Assembly (NCBI GenBank): GCA_001797665.1
Contig: MGQA01000109.1
Span: forward strand, 1-57,385
DNA from: Deltaproteobacteria bacterium GWF2_42_12
Lineage (GTDB): Bacteria; Desulfobacterota; GWC2-55-46; UBA9637
Direction of reading: 5' to 3'
DNA: 57,385 nucleotides
This document shows positions 35,011 through 44,191 of this stretch, piece by piece; position 1 is the first letter of the stretch, and each line of letters begins with the position of its first letter. The position numbers were made by a program, and so were the translations under genes. A model generated the notes under the pieces. It was not told the origin of the DNA. It ran no database searches and was given only the letters and a program-made list of their open reading frames with translations.

Positions 35011-35640
35011 TTAACAAATAACATCAAACAACTTCTTAACCTTTTTTAACATCCTTTCTTTCTTGCTTCTTTCTGCAATAATAATGGACTTAAGTCTTTC
35101 AAATGCGTAATCAAGATTATCATTTATAATAAAATAATCATATTTTTTTGCTTGTTTTATTTCCTTTTTTGCTGTTTCCAACCTGTCGAGAATGACTTCA
35201 TTGCTGTCTTTACCTCTGTTCCTAATCCTTTCTTTGGTCGTCTCTAATGAGGGAGGAAAAATAAATATAAATACTGCTGACATGCCCTTTTTCTTAACCT
35301 GCGCTGCACCCTGAACATCAATATCCAGAATTATATCTAATCCCTTCTCAAGAATGGCTTGAGTATCCTTAACAGATGTTCCGTATTTATTACCATGAAC
35401 ACGGGCCCATTCCAGGAATTCACTGTTATCAAGCATTTTCTGGAATATCAGCTCACTTACAAAGTGATAGTCAACACCGTTTTTCTCGCCTTCCCTGGGA
35501 GACCTTGTTGTGTATGATATAGAGTGCCTTAAATCAGGAAAATAGTCAACTGCCTTTCTGCAAAGCGTTGTCTTACCAGCCCCAGAGGGGGCGGAAACTA
35601 TGAAAAGAATGCCACCGCTTCTGACTTCTTTTTTACTCAA
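35011..35640 (-). CDS. gmk: guanylate kinase
   Basis: P-loop SAPSGAGKTTL, ..SYTTRSPREGEKNGVDYHF.. Start placed at TTG 35640, overlapping the yicC stop. The ORF track extends to an ATG at 35691 inside yicC. Confidence 0.85.
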   Translation of the reverse strand: MSKKEVRSGGILFIVSAPSGAGKTTLCRKAVDYFPDLRHSISYTTRSPREGEKNGVDYHFVSELIFQKMLDNSEFLEWARVHGNKYGTSVKDTQAILEKGLDIILDIDVQGAAQVKKKGMSAVFIFIFPPSLETTKERIRNRGKDSNEVILDRLETAKKEIKQAKKYDYFIINDNLDYAFERLKSIIIAERSKKERMLKKVKKLFDVIC

Positions 35641-36505
35641 TGTTTTGCACCTGCTCCCTAATCTTCTCCAACTCCGCCTTTGCCGACACAACGAAACTGC
35701 TCAACTCAAAATCGTTTGACTTTGAACCAATGGTATTTATCTCTCTTAAAATCTCCTGACACAAAAAATCCATCTTCCTGCCAACAGGCTCGTTTAACTT
35801 AAGCATACTCTTAAACTGGGTCAAATGACTGTTTAGTCTCACCAGCTCTTCAGTTATGTTACTCCTCTCTGCAAAGATGGCTGCCTCTGTCAAAACCCTT
35901 GCTTCGTCTATGCTTACACCGCCCAAAATACCTGTTAATCTTTCTCTCAGTTTCTCTCTATATGTTTCAGCAACCATCGGCGCCCTCCCGGTCATCTTTA
36001 CAACGATATCCTCCATGTCTTTTAATCTTGAAGCTATATCCCTTGATAACGCTTCACCCTCTTCTTCTCTCATCTTAGCAAGGGAATTCAGCGCAACATT
36101 CAGTCCCTGTTTTATCCCTTGCCAGTCGTTTTCTAAATCATGCGCTGCCGCTCCAGACGAAAATACATCTTTGAATCTTAATAATAGTGATATATCTATC
36201 TCGCCTCTAAGGTCAAGCTCTTTTTGAAGCTCCTGAAGAACCCCTAAATAATGTTTTGCTAAAGGGATATTTGGCCTTAATTCTATCCCAGCTTCTCTCT
36301 CGGCAGTAATTGATATATATAAGCACCCCCTGGAAAAAAAGTTCTTTATCTCATCCCTAATCTTATTTTCCAACAAGAAAAATCTGTCCGCAGCCCTGAC
36401 ATTTATCTCAATAAAGCGATGATTAACACTCTTTATTTCAAGGGTGAACTTATCCTCACCAATCAAGAAATCACACACCCCATATCCTGTCATACTTTTA
36501 ATCAC
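35633..36505 (-). CDS. yicC: YicC/YloC family stress-induced endoribonuclease
   Basis: MIKSMTGYG...IKSVNHRF N-terminus and C-terminal ..EILREINTIGSKSND.. The yicC-gmk-rpoZ order is a widely conserved arrangement. Confidence 0.85.
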   Translation of the reverse strand: MIKSMTGYGVCDFLIGEDKFTLEIKSVNHRFIEINVRAADRFFLLENKIRDEIKNFFSRGCLYISITAEREAGIELRPNIPLAKHYLGVLQELQKELDLRGEIDISLLLRFKDVFSSGAAAHDLENDWQGIKQGLNVALNSLAKMREEEGEALSRDIASRLKDMEDIVVKMTGRAPMVAETYREKLRERLTGILGGVSIDEARVLTEAAIFAERSNITEELVRLNSHLTQFKSMLKLNEPVGRKMDFLCQEILREINTIGSKSNDFELSSFVVSAKAELEKIREQVQNIE

Positions 36506-37043
36506 CTGTTAGTTCCTCCTGCTGCAATTGATGAACATATCGCGCCCGTATACCCTTCAGCAACACCCTCATATCAGCACCTGCATAATCTGGAAAAGTC
36601 CATTCTAATGGCTGAAAATCTCCATTTTTATAAACAAGGGTCAAATCTGCATAAATCCCGTTTCGCAAATATATCCTGTGCGCAAAATTCTTACCAGTTG
36701 CGAGAACCAATTTTTCAAGTGAAATATAGCCAGGGTCTATATTTACAATTCTCTTGCCGCCCTCAGCAAGATGTTCATTCTCAATGGAATTGGTAAAGAG
36801 TTTTATATCTGACAAGGTCTCTGGCTTAATGAGTTTCTCAAAGGAGATAAGCTTCCTGAATAAATTATCCCCCATCTCATCCGTATAATAATCTGTATGA
36901 TTAAACTTAATGCTACCGCTTAAAAAATCTATGCTGCCAAATTTATCTTCCAGTTCTTTTAAAACGGCTTTGAGAATTCCTTTATCGCCTGTTATAAGGC
37001 TGATTATCAATTTGACCGAATTCGGTTCTTTGGGCATGCTCAT
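36498..37043 (-). CDS. DUF4416-like protein
   Basis: 181 aa. Family assignment is from recollection of the general pattern only (PVKLI..L...). Translationally overlapped on both sides. Confidence 0.4.
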   Translation of the reverse strand: MSMPKEPNSVKLIISLITGDKGILKAVLKELEDKFGSIDFLSGSIKFNHTDYYTDEMGDNLFRKLISFEKLIKPETLSDIKLFTNSIENEHLAEGGKRIVNIDPGYISLEKLVLATGKNFAHRIYLRNGIYADLTLVYKNGDFQPLEWTFPDYAGADMRVLLKGIRARYVHQLQQEELTGD

Positions 37044-38095
37044 CTTTCACTTTTGGACCGAGGCGACCGTGTCGCCGTTTTCGCCATTTTGACGCCAACA
37101 CGGTTGGCTTGCTCCATAGCCCTCTTCAGCTCTTTCGGCGCAACTGCAGCTGTCCCTACTTTACCCACAACAATGCCTGCGGCAAAATTGGAAATTACCG
37201 CAGCCTCCTTGAAATTTGCCCCTGTCGCAATTGCGAGGGCAAGCGCACCAATAACAGTATCTCCAGCGCCGCTGACGTCATAAACCTCCTGCGCAACTGT
37301 AGGAATATGCGTTATACCGCCGTTGTTTTCAAATAAGCTCATCCCATGCTCGCCTCTTGTTATTAAAACAGCTTCACAACCGAGTTTATTAAGAAGCACC
37401 TCTCCTGCCCGCAATAAACTATCATCATCCTCAATATCTATGCCAGAGGCCTTTGACGCCTCATCATTATTTGGGGTTACTATTGTTGCAGACTTGTAAA
37501 AATCAAAATGCGCAACCTTTGGGTCCACAGCAACTGGTTTGTCTTTTTTTCTGGCAATGCTTACAACCTCTTCAACAAGCTCCTCAGAAATAACACCCTT
37601 GGCATAATCTGATATGACAATGCTATCAACCAAGTTTATTTTTTTCTTGGTATAGTCTACGATAGTTTTCATTGTATCCAAATGTATCTTATCCTTTCTC
37701 TCTCTATCAAATCTTACTACCTGTTGGCTGTGGGCTATTACCCTCGTTTTTACCGAAGTTGGCCTCTTTTCTTCAATAAAAACACCGCCAGTGGCAATGC
37801 CTTTCAATCTCAGCTCATGCACAAGATTCTTTCCCATCTCATCCCTTCCAATAACACCCGTGACCAAGACCTTTCCGCCAAGACTATGAATATTATTAAC
37901 CACATTGGCAGCGCCTCCCAACATAAGGCTCTCTGAATTGACCTCTACAACAGGCACAGGGGCCTCAGGTGATATCCGCCTTACCTTTCCCCAGACAAAA
38001 TGGTCCATGATAAGGTCGCCAATAACAAGGACCCTTGCCCTCTTAAATTTATTTACAATATCCAATCCCTTTCTGTAGGTCATAATTGATTTCAT
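37040..38095 (-). CDS. D-glycero-beta-D-manno-heptose-7-phosphate kinase (RfaE domain I / HldA type, PfkB family)
   Basis: ARVLVIGDLIMDHFVWGKVRRISPEAPVPVV..GGAANV.. and C-terminal DVSGAGDTVIGALA. No adenylyltransferase domain. The last 26 aa or so are repeat-encoded. Confidence 0.8.
   Translation of the reverse strand: MKSIMTYRKGLDIVNKFKRARVLVIGDLIMDHFVWGKVRRISPEAPVPVVEVNSESLMLGGAANVVNNIHSLGGKVLVTGVIGRDEMGKNLVHELRLKGIATGGVFIEEKRPTSVKTRVIAHSQQVVRFDRERKDKIHLDTMKTIVDYTKKKINLVDSIVISDYAKGVISEELVEEVVSIARKKDKPVAVDPKVAHFDFYKSATIVTPNNDEASKASGIDIEDDDSLLRAGEVLLNKLGCEAVLITRGEHGMSLFENNGGITHIPTVAQEVYDVSGAGDTVIGALALAIATGANFKEAAVISNFAAGIVVGKVGTAAVAPKELKRAMEQANRVGVKMAKTATRSPRSKSER
37051..37119. repeat. inverted-repeat element (GGACCGAGGCGACCGTGT ... 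ACACGGTTGGCTTGCTCC), short copy, forming the kinase C-terminal tail
   Basis: TTTTGGACCGAGGCGACCGTGTCGCCG...GCCAACACGGTTGGCTTGCTCCATAGC. Same termini as 39470-39579. Translated as MEQANRVGVKMAKTATRSPRSKSER. Confidence 0.6.
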
Positions 38096-39447
38096 TTGGC
38101 TACCTCAATAAGTCTTAAAAACTCCTCTACATTTTTTTCTATCGTATAGTTCTCTGCTACCTGTCGCGCCATACTGCCTGCTGCTGACCTCACCTCTCTA
38201 TCCAATAAAGGCCTGATCTTTGATGCCAATTCTTCCGAGTCAGCGGGATCTTCTACAATCATTCCATTCTTCCCATCCGAGAGTATTTCAGAAACTCCAT
38301 TTATTCTCGACGTTACGACAGGAAGCCCGCTTGCCATTGCCTCAAGACAGGCATTGCTAAAAGGTTCGTAGATAGACGGCAGGACGAAAATATCCGCGGC
38401 ATAATAATAATCTTGTGCATCTTTCACTGGACCGACAAATGTTATATCTGTTCCTGCACCGCATCTGTCCGCTATCTCCTGATACTTTCCGTTCTTTCCT
38501 TTTCCTACAACAATCAGTTTCAGCTTGTTGGGTGGGCTTTGCCCACCATTTTGCCCTTGTACTTTCTGGGGGGCAGATCCCACCTTGCTTTCTTTCTTTA
38601 AAGTACCCAGCGCCTCTATCAGAAATCGCAGGCCTTTCCTCTCAAAACCAGAGCCGACAAACAGAAGTGTTGTCTCATTTTTAATTCCGAGCCGTTCCCT
38701 ATAAACAGCTCTCGTTTTGCCTTTTTCATTAAGGTCAAATTGGTTTAAGTCAATTCCGTTGTATATAACACAAATCTTTTCTTCAGGCAATTTATAATGC
38801 CTTATTATCTCAGCCTTGCCACGGTTTGAGTTTGCCACGACAAATTTTAAACTCTTGCTCTGAAAAAGCCTTTTTTCAAGATAAAGCAAGGTGAGATGGA
38901 GCGGATTGAGAACATAGTATAGCGCATAGAGCATAGAGTAAAAACCCTTTGCCCTTTGCCTTTTGCCCTTTGCCCTTTGAATCAGCCACTCTTTATGACA
39001 GCCATCCCCTGCCCTGTATATATCCTGATAAAGCGTCCTGTCAAAACTTAAAATAATATCAAGACTTGCCTTTCTGACAGCAAAATAGCTATTTATGGCA
39101 AATGTTAATAGCCGCAAAAAAGAGGGGCCAAATGTTTTAATCTTGTGGAATATAAGTTTTGACCCCTGCTTACTGCTTGCAGAGGCATGGTTTTGTCCTG
39201 AAAATCTCCCCTCACCCTTTCCCTCTCCCGCAGGGGGAGAGGGGATCAAAGAAACCTCCCCTCCCTTGACCCCGCTTAGCGGGGTGACGGGAGGGGACTC
39301 TGGGGAGGGTGATATATTTTCTTCCCATTTTGCTGCAAATATATGGCAGGTATGGCCTCTTTTCAAAAGCTCGCCTACAAATCTGGAAACAAAAACCTCT
39401 GCCCCGCCATATGGGTTATATCGCATCCTTATAATACCGATATTCAA
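38092..39447 (-). CDS. glycosyltransferase family 4 (LPS core, RfaG-like) carrying three repeat-derived insertions
   Basis: N-terminal YNPYGGAEVFV, C-terminal EX7E block YEPFSNACLEAMASGLPVV. See the repeats at 38531-38590, 38947-38981 and 39205-39315. Confidence 0.8.
   Translation of the reverse strand: MNIGIIRMRYNPYGGAEVFVSRFVGELLKRGHTCHIFAAKWEENISPSPESPPVTPLSGVKGGEVSLIPSPPAGEGKGEGRFSGQNHASASSKQGSKLIFHKIKTFGPSFLRLLTFAINSYFAVRKASLDIILSFDRTLYQDIYRAGDGCHKEWLIQRAKGKRQRAKGFYSMLYALYYVLNPLHLTLLYLEKRLFQSKSLKFVVANSNRGKAEIIRHYKLPEEKICVIYNGIDLNQFDLNEKGKTRAVYRERLGIKNETTLLFVGSGFERKGLRFLIEALGTLKKESKVGSAPQKVQGQNGGQSPPNKLKLIVVGKGKNGKYQEIADRCGAGTDITFVGPVKDAQDYYYAADIFVLPSIYEPFSNACLEAMASGLPVVTSRINGVSEILSDGKNGMIVEDPADSEELASKIRPLLDREVRSAAGSMARQVAENYTIEKNVEEFLRLIEVAK
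38947..38981. repeat. degenerate heptamer array (CTTTGCC-like x5) inside GT4
   Basis: CTTTGCC CTTTGCC TTTTGCC CTTTGCC CTTTGAA. Translated as KGKRQRAKGF. Confidence 0.75.
39205..39315. repeat. nested GC-rich hairpin cluster inserted in the GT4 N-terminal domain
   Basis: CCCTCTCCCGCAGGGGGAGAGGGG (39221-39244). CCTCCCCTCCC-ttg-[ACCCCGCTTAGCGGGGT]-gac-GGGAGGGGA (39256-39298). The inner hairpin equals the intergenic one at 9278-9294. Confidence 0.65.
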
Positions 39448-39469
39448 GCTATGCTTAAACCTCCTATAT

Positions 39470-39579
39470 TTTGGACCTGAGCGACCGTGTTTTTTGAATC
39501 AAGGCAACCGTGTTGCCGTGCTTTTTACGCCGACACGTCGGCTTGCTCCATAACACCAACACGGTTGGCTCGCTCCATA
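39470..39579. repeat. long copy of the GGACC..GACCGTGT / ACACGGTTGGCT inverted-repeat element (intergenic)
   Basis: TTTTGGACCTGAGCGACCGTGT...GACACGTCGGCTTGCTCCATAACACCAACACGGTTGGCTCGCTCCATA. The right arm is duplicated in tandem. Confidence 0.6.
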
Positions 39580-40623
39580 TCATCTCCACAACTTTTCAAA
39601 TGCCGCCATCACTTCCTCGGCCGTGATCTCATCTGCCGTTTTCCCTTTCTGGAGTATTATATTATCAACCTTCCACGGCGCCCATCTCCTCTTATCGGTT
39701 GAACCCCATATAGTTAAAATCGGCTTACCAAGCGCAGCAGCAATGTGCATTGCCCCGCCATCGCAGCATATCACCAATCTCGCAATGCTTAACGCAGCAA
39801 TCAGCTCATCAAGCCTTTCAGTGTGATAGGAAAATATTTTCGCATTCACTGCCTTTCTTATCCACTCTGCATCTTCATCGTCTCCAGGATGATACGGATT
39901 ATCCTTGCTTCCCGGCGCCCATAATAGCATGACAGCAGCATTATCATTGTTTACCAACTTATTTATCAATTCCGCAAATTTTTCCTTTGGCCATTTATTA
40001 TTTGGCTTTCTGGAACTTATGTGGACAGCAACTAATTTATCTGTGCTGAAGTTAGAAGACTGCAGTAATGTTATAACCTTCTCTTGCGTTATCTTTGACG
40101 GCATTAAAACAAGTTTGGACGGCTCAACTTCGATGCCAAAAGAAGCAAGTAGCCTGAAAACAGAAATCACCTCATGAACAGGCTCTGAAGCTTCAATAAG
40201 GGGAAGATTATAATATACACTCTTCTTGCCAGCAGGCAGATACCCTATCCTGTATCTTGCGCCGGTCAGAAACGCATATCTGGCAAGTCTTGAAGAATAC
40301 TTATTGCTGCATCCTATAGCTACATCATAACATTCATTGCGTATATCAAATAAAACCCTTGCGTTGGAAGACCATACATTATATCTCCCTTTACTATAAA
40401 CATGTTTAAATTTTTCATATATATGTATTTTGTCAATATCCGGGTTATTTATCACTGCATGCGCGTTATAGCTATTTACGAGGACACCCAGCATTGCATC
40501 AGGATAACTCTCGCGTAAAGCATGTATCGCAGGTGTTGTACATATGAGGTCTCCAATATTATCGCGTCGGATTAGGAGTATTTTCTTTATATTTTCCCTC
40601 TGTATTTTTCTCATAAATAACAA
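39580..40623 (-). CDS. glycosyltransferase family 9 (heptosyltransferase-like)
   Basis: KKILLIRRDNIGDLICTTPAIHAL N-terminus and CDGGAMHIAAALGKPILTIWG C-terminal motif. Lacks the Cys-rich tail present in the other four GT9 paralogs. Confidence 0.75.
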   Translation of the reverse strand: MLFMRKIQRENIKKILLIRRDNIGDLICTTPAIHALRESYPDAMLGVLVNSYNAHAVINNPDIDKIHIYEKFKHVYSKGRYNVWSSNARVLFDIRNECYDVAIGCSNKYSSRLARYAFLTGARYRIGYLPAGKKSVYYNLPLIEASEPVHEVISVFRLLASFGIEVEPSKLVLMPSKITQEKVITLLQSSNFSTDKLVAVHISSRKPNNKWPKEKFAELINKLVNNDNAAVMLLWAPGSKDNPYHPGDDEDAEWIRKAVNAKIFSYHTERLDELIAALSIARLVICCDGGAMHIAAALGKPILTIWGSTDKRRWAPWKVDNIILQKGKTADEITAEEVMAAFEKLWR

Positions 40624-41875
40624 TAATAATAGCAGCTAATGTAAAGGTAAGCACTCCATACGTTTCTTCCCAGAGACCATTCGTTATATTTAACATTGCA
40701 TAGGATATTAATATACCCGGGATGCCATATTTTGCAAAATCACCGCCATATCTCGCTTCAACAAAATAAAGTCTTAAAATTTTGACAACAAGTGTAATCC
40801 AGAACATAAAAAAGGCGATTAATCCCAATATGCCTATTTCGAATATAATCTGTAATATCAAATTATGTGGATTTGCGCTGCCGTAACCGGCGCTTTTAAA
40901 ATAGTTATATGTCCCTGGCAATTCATTCCTCCAATTATCCAGAAACTCCTCATCTTTTGCAACAGTAGCAAGCTTTTTCCATCCATAACCATAACCAATA
41001 AAAGGTCTTTCCTGGATTATGTCAATCATACCCTTCCAGATATCCAGCCTGCCGCTTAGCCCCTCATTTGTTGTAAATGTCTTAATGGAAGCAAGAGTAG
41101 CATACCTGTTAAAAAGTTCGGGCTTCTTTAGATAGCTTACCGCGCCAACAGACATTATAACCACGAGGATAAGCATTAGTATCAGATATTTTCTGGAAAT
41201 AATTAACATAAAGATTGTTGCCAATACTATCGCCATGATAGATGTTCTTGAATTATAATAAAGCCACACAAGCACAAATTCCGCCGCCACTGCTGTCCAT
41301 AATAACAATTTAAGCATAATCTTATTTCTTGAACAAAGAAGATAGCTGATTGCAAATGGCATGTAAAATGCGGCATTGATAGCATAACCGCTCAGGAATG
41401 TATCTCTGGATTCTTTTAATTCATTTATAGAATTCAGTAAATCTGCTATAGGGCTTCGTATAAAAATTATTATCGTCAGAGTGACAAAACTTATAATTAA
41501 GCAATAAAATAATGACTCAAGCCTATTCCTATCTCGAAATTCTGTTAAAATTACAAAAAATGCTACTAACTGATAAAAGAAATTTTTTCTAAATGCATTA
41601 AGGCTTTCTCCACTGTAATTACTAAATAGTATGCTAATTAATATAGTGGAAAGGAGTATTAGGAGTATTATTATAGTGCCGTCTTTCCAATTTATATCAA
41701 TGCCGCCTCGCACTGTTTTTATAAGAAAAAGCACCAACATTAATACAAATGCCGTATTTCGTATACCCGCAAAATGGTTGAATGGCTGAAAAAAGATATA
41801 TATTAAGAGAAGAGGCGGTATTAAGCTAAGCGCTTTTGTCTCATACTTTAACCATAATCTGCGAAGCAAGACCAA
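40559..41875 (-). CDS. O-antigen ligase (Wzy_C/WaaL) family membrane protein
   Basis: 438 aa with about 11 TM segments. Periplasmic loop RLDIWKGMIDIIQERPFIGYGYGW and later NPHNLILQIIFEIGILG are typical of Wzy_C. Confidence 0.7.
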   Translation of the reverse strand: MVLLRRLWLKYETKALSLIPPLLLIYIFFQPFNHFAGIRNTAFVLMLVLFLIKTVRGGIDINWKDGTIIILLILLSTILISILFSNYSGESLNAFRKNFFYQLVAFFVILTEFRDRNRLESLFYCLIISFVTLTIIIFIRSPIADLLNSINELKESRDTFLSGYAINAAFYMPFAISYLLCSRNKIMLKLLLWTAVAAEFVLVWLYYNSRTSIMAIVLATIFMLIISRKYLILMLILVVIMSVGAVSYLKKPELFNRYATLASIKTFTTNEGLSGRLDIWKGMIDIIQERPFIGYGYGWKKLATVAKDEEFLDNWRNELPGTYNYFKSAGYGSANPHNLILQIIFEIGILGLIAFFMFWITLVVKILRLYFVEARYGGDFAKYGIPGILISYAMLNITNGLWEETYGVLTFTLAAIIIVIYEKNTEGKYKENTPNPTR

Positions 41876-42983
41876 ACACCTCCTTCACGCTTATGCGAGT
41901 GATACATTCTCTATGTCCATACCTGCATTCATATGGGGCATCAAAGGCATGCGAACATGGTACGCAGCCCAGTTCTTTCTTCTGCAGGATGTAACTATTT
42001 TTGCCTGTCGGCCTCTGGTCTTCCATATCAGAGGGTCCGGCAATATCAATCAACGGTACGCCTAATGCGTCGGCAATATATGTAACACCTGTATCTACGC
42101 CTATAAATAGCGACAACTTCTCCAGTAGCGCAGGCAACTCGCTAAGCCTAAAGCATCCTACAGAATCAATTATTTTTTCTTTCTGTGTTGCCATAGTTAT
42201 TATTTTACCGGCAGTTTCGCTGTCTGAGCTTGAACCGATAAGCACTACGTGCGCGTTAAATTCAGTTATCAGCTTTTCCGCCAAGGCAACTATCTTCTCA
42301 GCGCCCAATTCCTTCATTTTGTTTCCACTGGAGACGGCTATTCCTATCAGGTTTCCATCCCTTCCTGAAAGCAGATTTTTAACTTTAACATCCGCTATGG
42401 GTGATTTGTAGACCTCTTTGGATAGATTGTTGCTTTTTATTCCAATGGCCTCCAGCATTTTTAAATTAGTCTCAGCAACAAGCCTTCCCCTTATATGCCT
42501 TTCAAGATATGTGCAAAAACGAGAGGCCATCTTGTATGTAATTCCGACAAAACTTGTCCCCGCAGGCTTTAAGCGGGGATCAGGCATAATAAATATTCTG
42601 CGAGATACCAGCCCCCAGAAGGCGGACAGTAGGAATGGTAAAGAAGGATTAAGTGATATAACTGCGTCATATTTGCCTTTATAGAGCATTACTGCTAAAT
42701 TTATCTTACCCGACAGCCCCTTATATGAATCTCTGTTAAGCGATATGAGCTCGTTTATATATGGATTATACTCAAGAACCTCTCTGCTAACAGGGCTAAC
42801 CATCACTGAAAGATGAACATCTCCTAAGCCTTTCTTTATCTCTCTAAATATATGTGTTGAAGAAATAATATCGCCAATCTTTGCAGTCTGGATGACAAGG
42901 ATGCGCCTTATATTTACTCTTCTGAAATAAATTAGCGCGTAAATAAGCGGCGACAACAGGTAGGTTAAGATTATATAGAACAC
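41841..42983 (-). CDS. glycosyltransferase family 9 (heptosyltransferase-like)
   Basis: ILVIQTAKIGDIISSTHIF.., ..VDTGVTYIADALGVPLIDIAG.., Cys-rich tail GCVPCSH...C..GHRECI. Confidence 0.7.
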   Translation of the reverse strand: MFYIILTYLLSPLIYALIYFRRVNIRRILVIQTAKIGDIISSTHIFREIKKGLGDVHLSVMVSPVSREVLEYNPYINELISLNRDSYKGLSGKINLAVMLYKGKYDAVISLNPSLPFLLSAFWGLVSRRIFIMPDPRLKPAGTSFVGITYKMASRFCTYLERHIRGRLVAETNLKMLEAIGIKSNNLSKEVYKSPIADVKVKNLLSGRDGNLIGIAVSSGNKMKELGAEKIVALAEKLITEFNAHVVLIGSSSDSETAGKIITMATQKEKIIDSVGCFRLSELPALLEKLSLFIGVDTGVTYIADALGVPLIDIAGPSDMEDQRPTGKNSYILQKKELGCVPCSHAFDAPYECRYGHRECITRISVKEVFGLASQIMVKV

Positions 42984-44191
42984 TTTGCCAAGACCTCATC
43001 AATAACTTTGCTCACCCCATTTACATAACTATCCATTGAAAAATTCTTTATCACCTTTTCTCTGCCTTTATCCCCCATTTCCTTCCTTAACTTTTCAGAC
43101 CCTATTAAGTGAGATACCTTTTCTGCAAGCATAGATATATCGCTCTCAGCAATCAGAAAACCAGTCCTGCCACTCTCGACAAGTTCGGATATGCAGATTA
43201 CATCGTATGCTACCACAGATTTTGCCATTAGCATTGCTTCTAAAATAACTCTCGGCAAACCCTCTGTCTCGGATGTCATTATAAATATATCCATAGCATT
43301 TATGTAAGATATCGGGTCTGTCTGGAAGCCTGTAAACACCACTTTGTCACTTATCCTATATCTTAAAACCTCTGATTTAAGTTTCTCTCTTTCTGGTCCG
43401 TCACCAACTATCATACATTTAATATTACCGTGTTTTTTCACAAGTTCTGCAAACATCCTGATAATATGTTCTATGCGTTTTCTTTTCAGAAGTGAACCAA
43501 CAGTGCCTATCAATATCTCTCCTTCACCTATTCCCCATTTTTCCCTGATTGCAGCGATTGAAGATGTAGGCATAACAAGAGGATCTATACCATTATAGAC
43601 CACTACACATTTATCATCATCAACCCCCTGGTGGACCAGATTGTCTTTAACACCCTGTGACACGCAAATTACCTTTTTAACCCATTTGTTGACCATATTT
43701 GCCTCAAACCTGTTTAATTTGGCCACTATACGACTGTGCTGTATTGCGGGAATATCGGCATAATTTGCAGCAATTATGCCTTCAAGATTTGATGATGGTT
43801 GATTATTCATATAAAGAAGGTCTACATTATTTAACCTTTTTAAAATATCAAATATTCTTTCAGAATCATATTTAATTCTAAAATTATAATCTATCCAGAA
43901 TAGATAACTCCTACGCAACTTCCTGCTAAAAAAAAAGATTACCCTTCCGGCTTCCTTAAGCATTTTAGCCGCAGCCATCTGCTTATGCCTTCCAAAATGT
44001 ATAAAATCAACGCCAAGCCTTTCAATTTCACTCTTTATATCCGACTTGTCCCCTCTTTTATAGTTGTCATAAAATAAGGCTGTAAACCTATATTTCGTTT
44101 TATCTATACGCTTTAAGAGTTCTATAAGGCTGTTTGTCCCGCCGCCCCATTCTTTGCCTGTGTCTAAAATAAGAACTCGTTTAGCCGACAT
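42971..44191 (-). CDS. glycosyltransferase family 4
   Basis: EX7E block SETEGLPRVILEAMLMAKSVV. N-terminal GGGTNS. GT-B layout. Confidence 0.8.
   Translation of the reverse strand: MSAKRVLILDTGKEWGGGTNSLIELLKRIDKTKYRFTALFYDNYKRGDKSDIKSEIERLGVDFIHFGRHKQMAAAKMLKEAGRVIFFFSRKLRRSYLFWIDYNFRIKYDSERIFDILKRLNNVDLLYMNNQPSSNLEGIIAANYADIPAIQHSRIVAKLNRFEANMVNKWVKKVICVSQGVKDNLVHQGVDDDKCVVVYNGIDPLVMPTSSIAAIREKWGIGEGEILIGTVGSLLKRKRIEHIIRMFAELVKKHGNIKCMIVGDGPEREKLKSEVLRYRISDKVVFTGFQTDPISYINAMDIFIMTSETEGLPRVILEAMLMAKSVVAYDVICISELVESGRTGFLIAESDISMLAEKVSHLIGSEKLRKEMGDKGREKVIKNFSMDSYVNGVSKVIDEVLAKCSI

Noticed and set aside
40559-40623. The 65-nt overlap between the O-antigen ligase 3' end and the GT9 5' end as a sign of frameshift or fusion.
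   Set aside because: Both frames have intact family motifs up to their ends. The overlap is most simply a slightly extended ligase tail or an alternative GT9 start (M4). No evidence of a sequencing error is visible.
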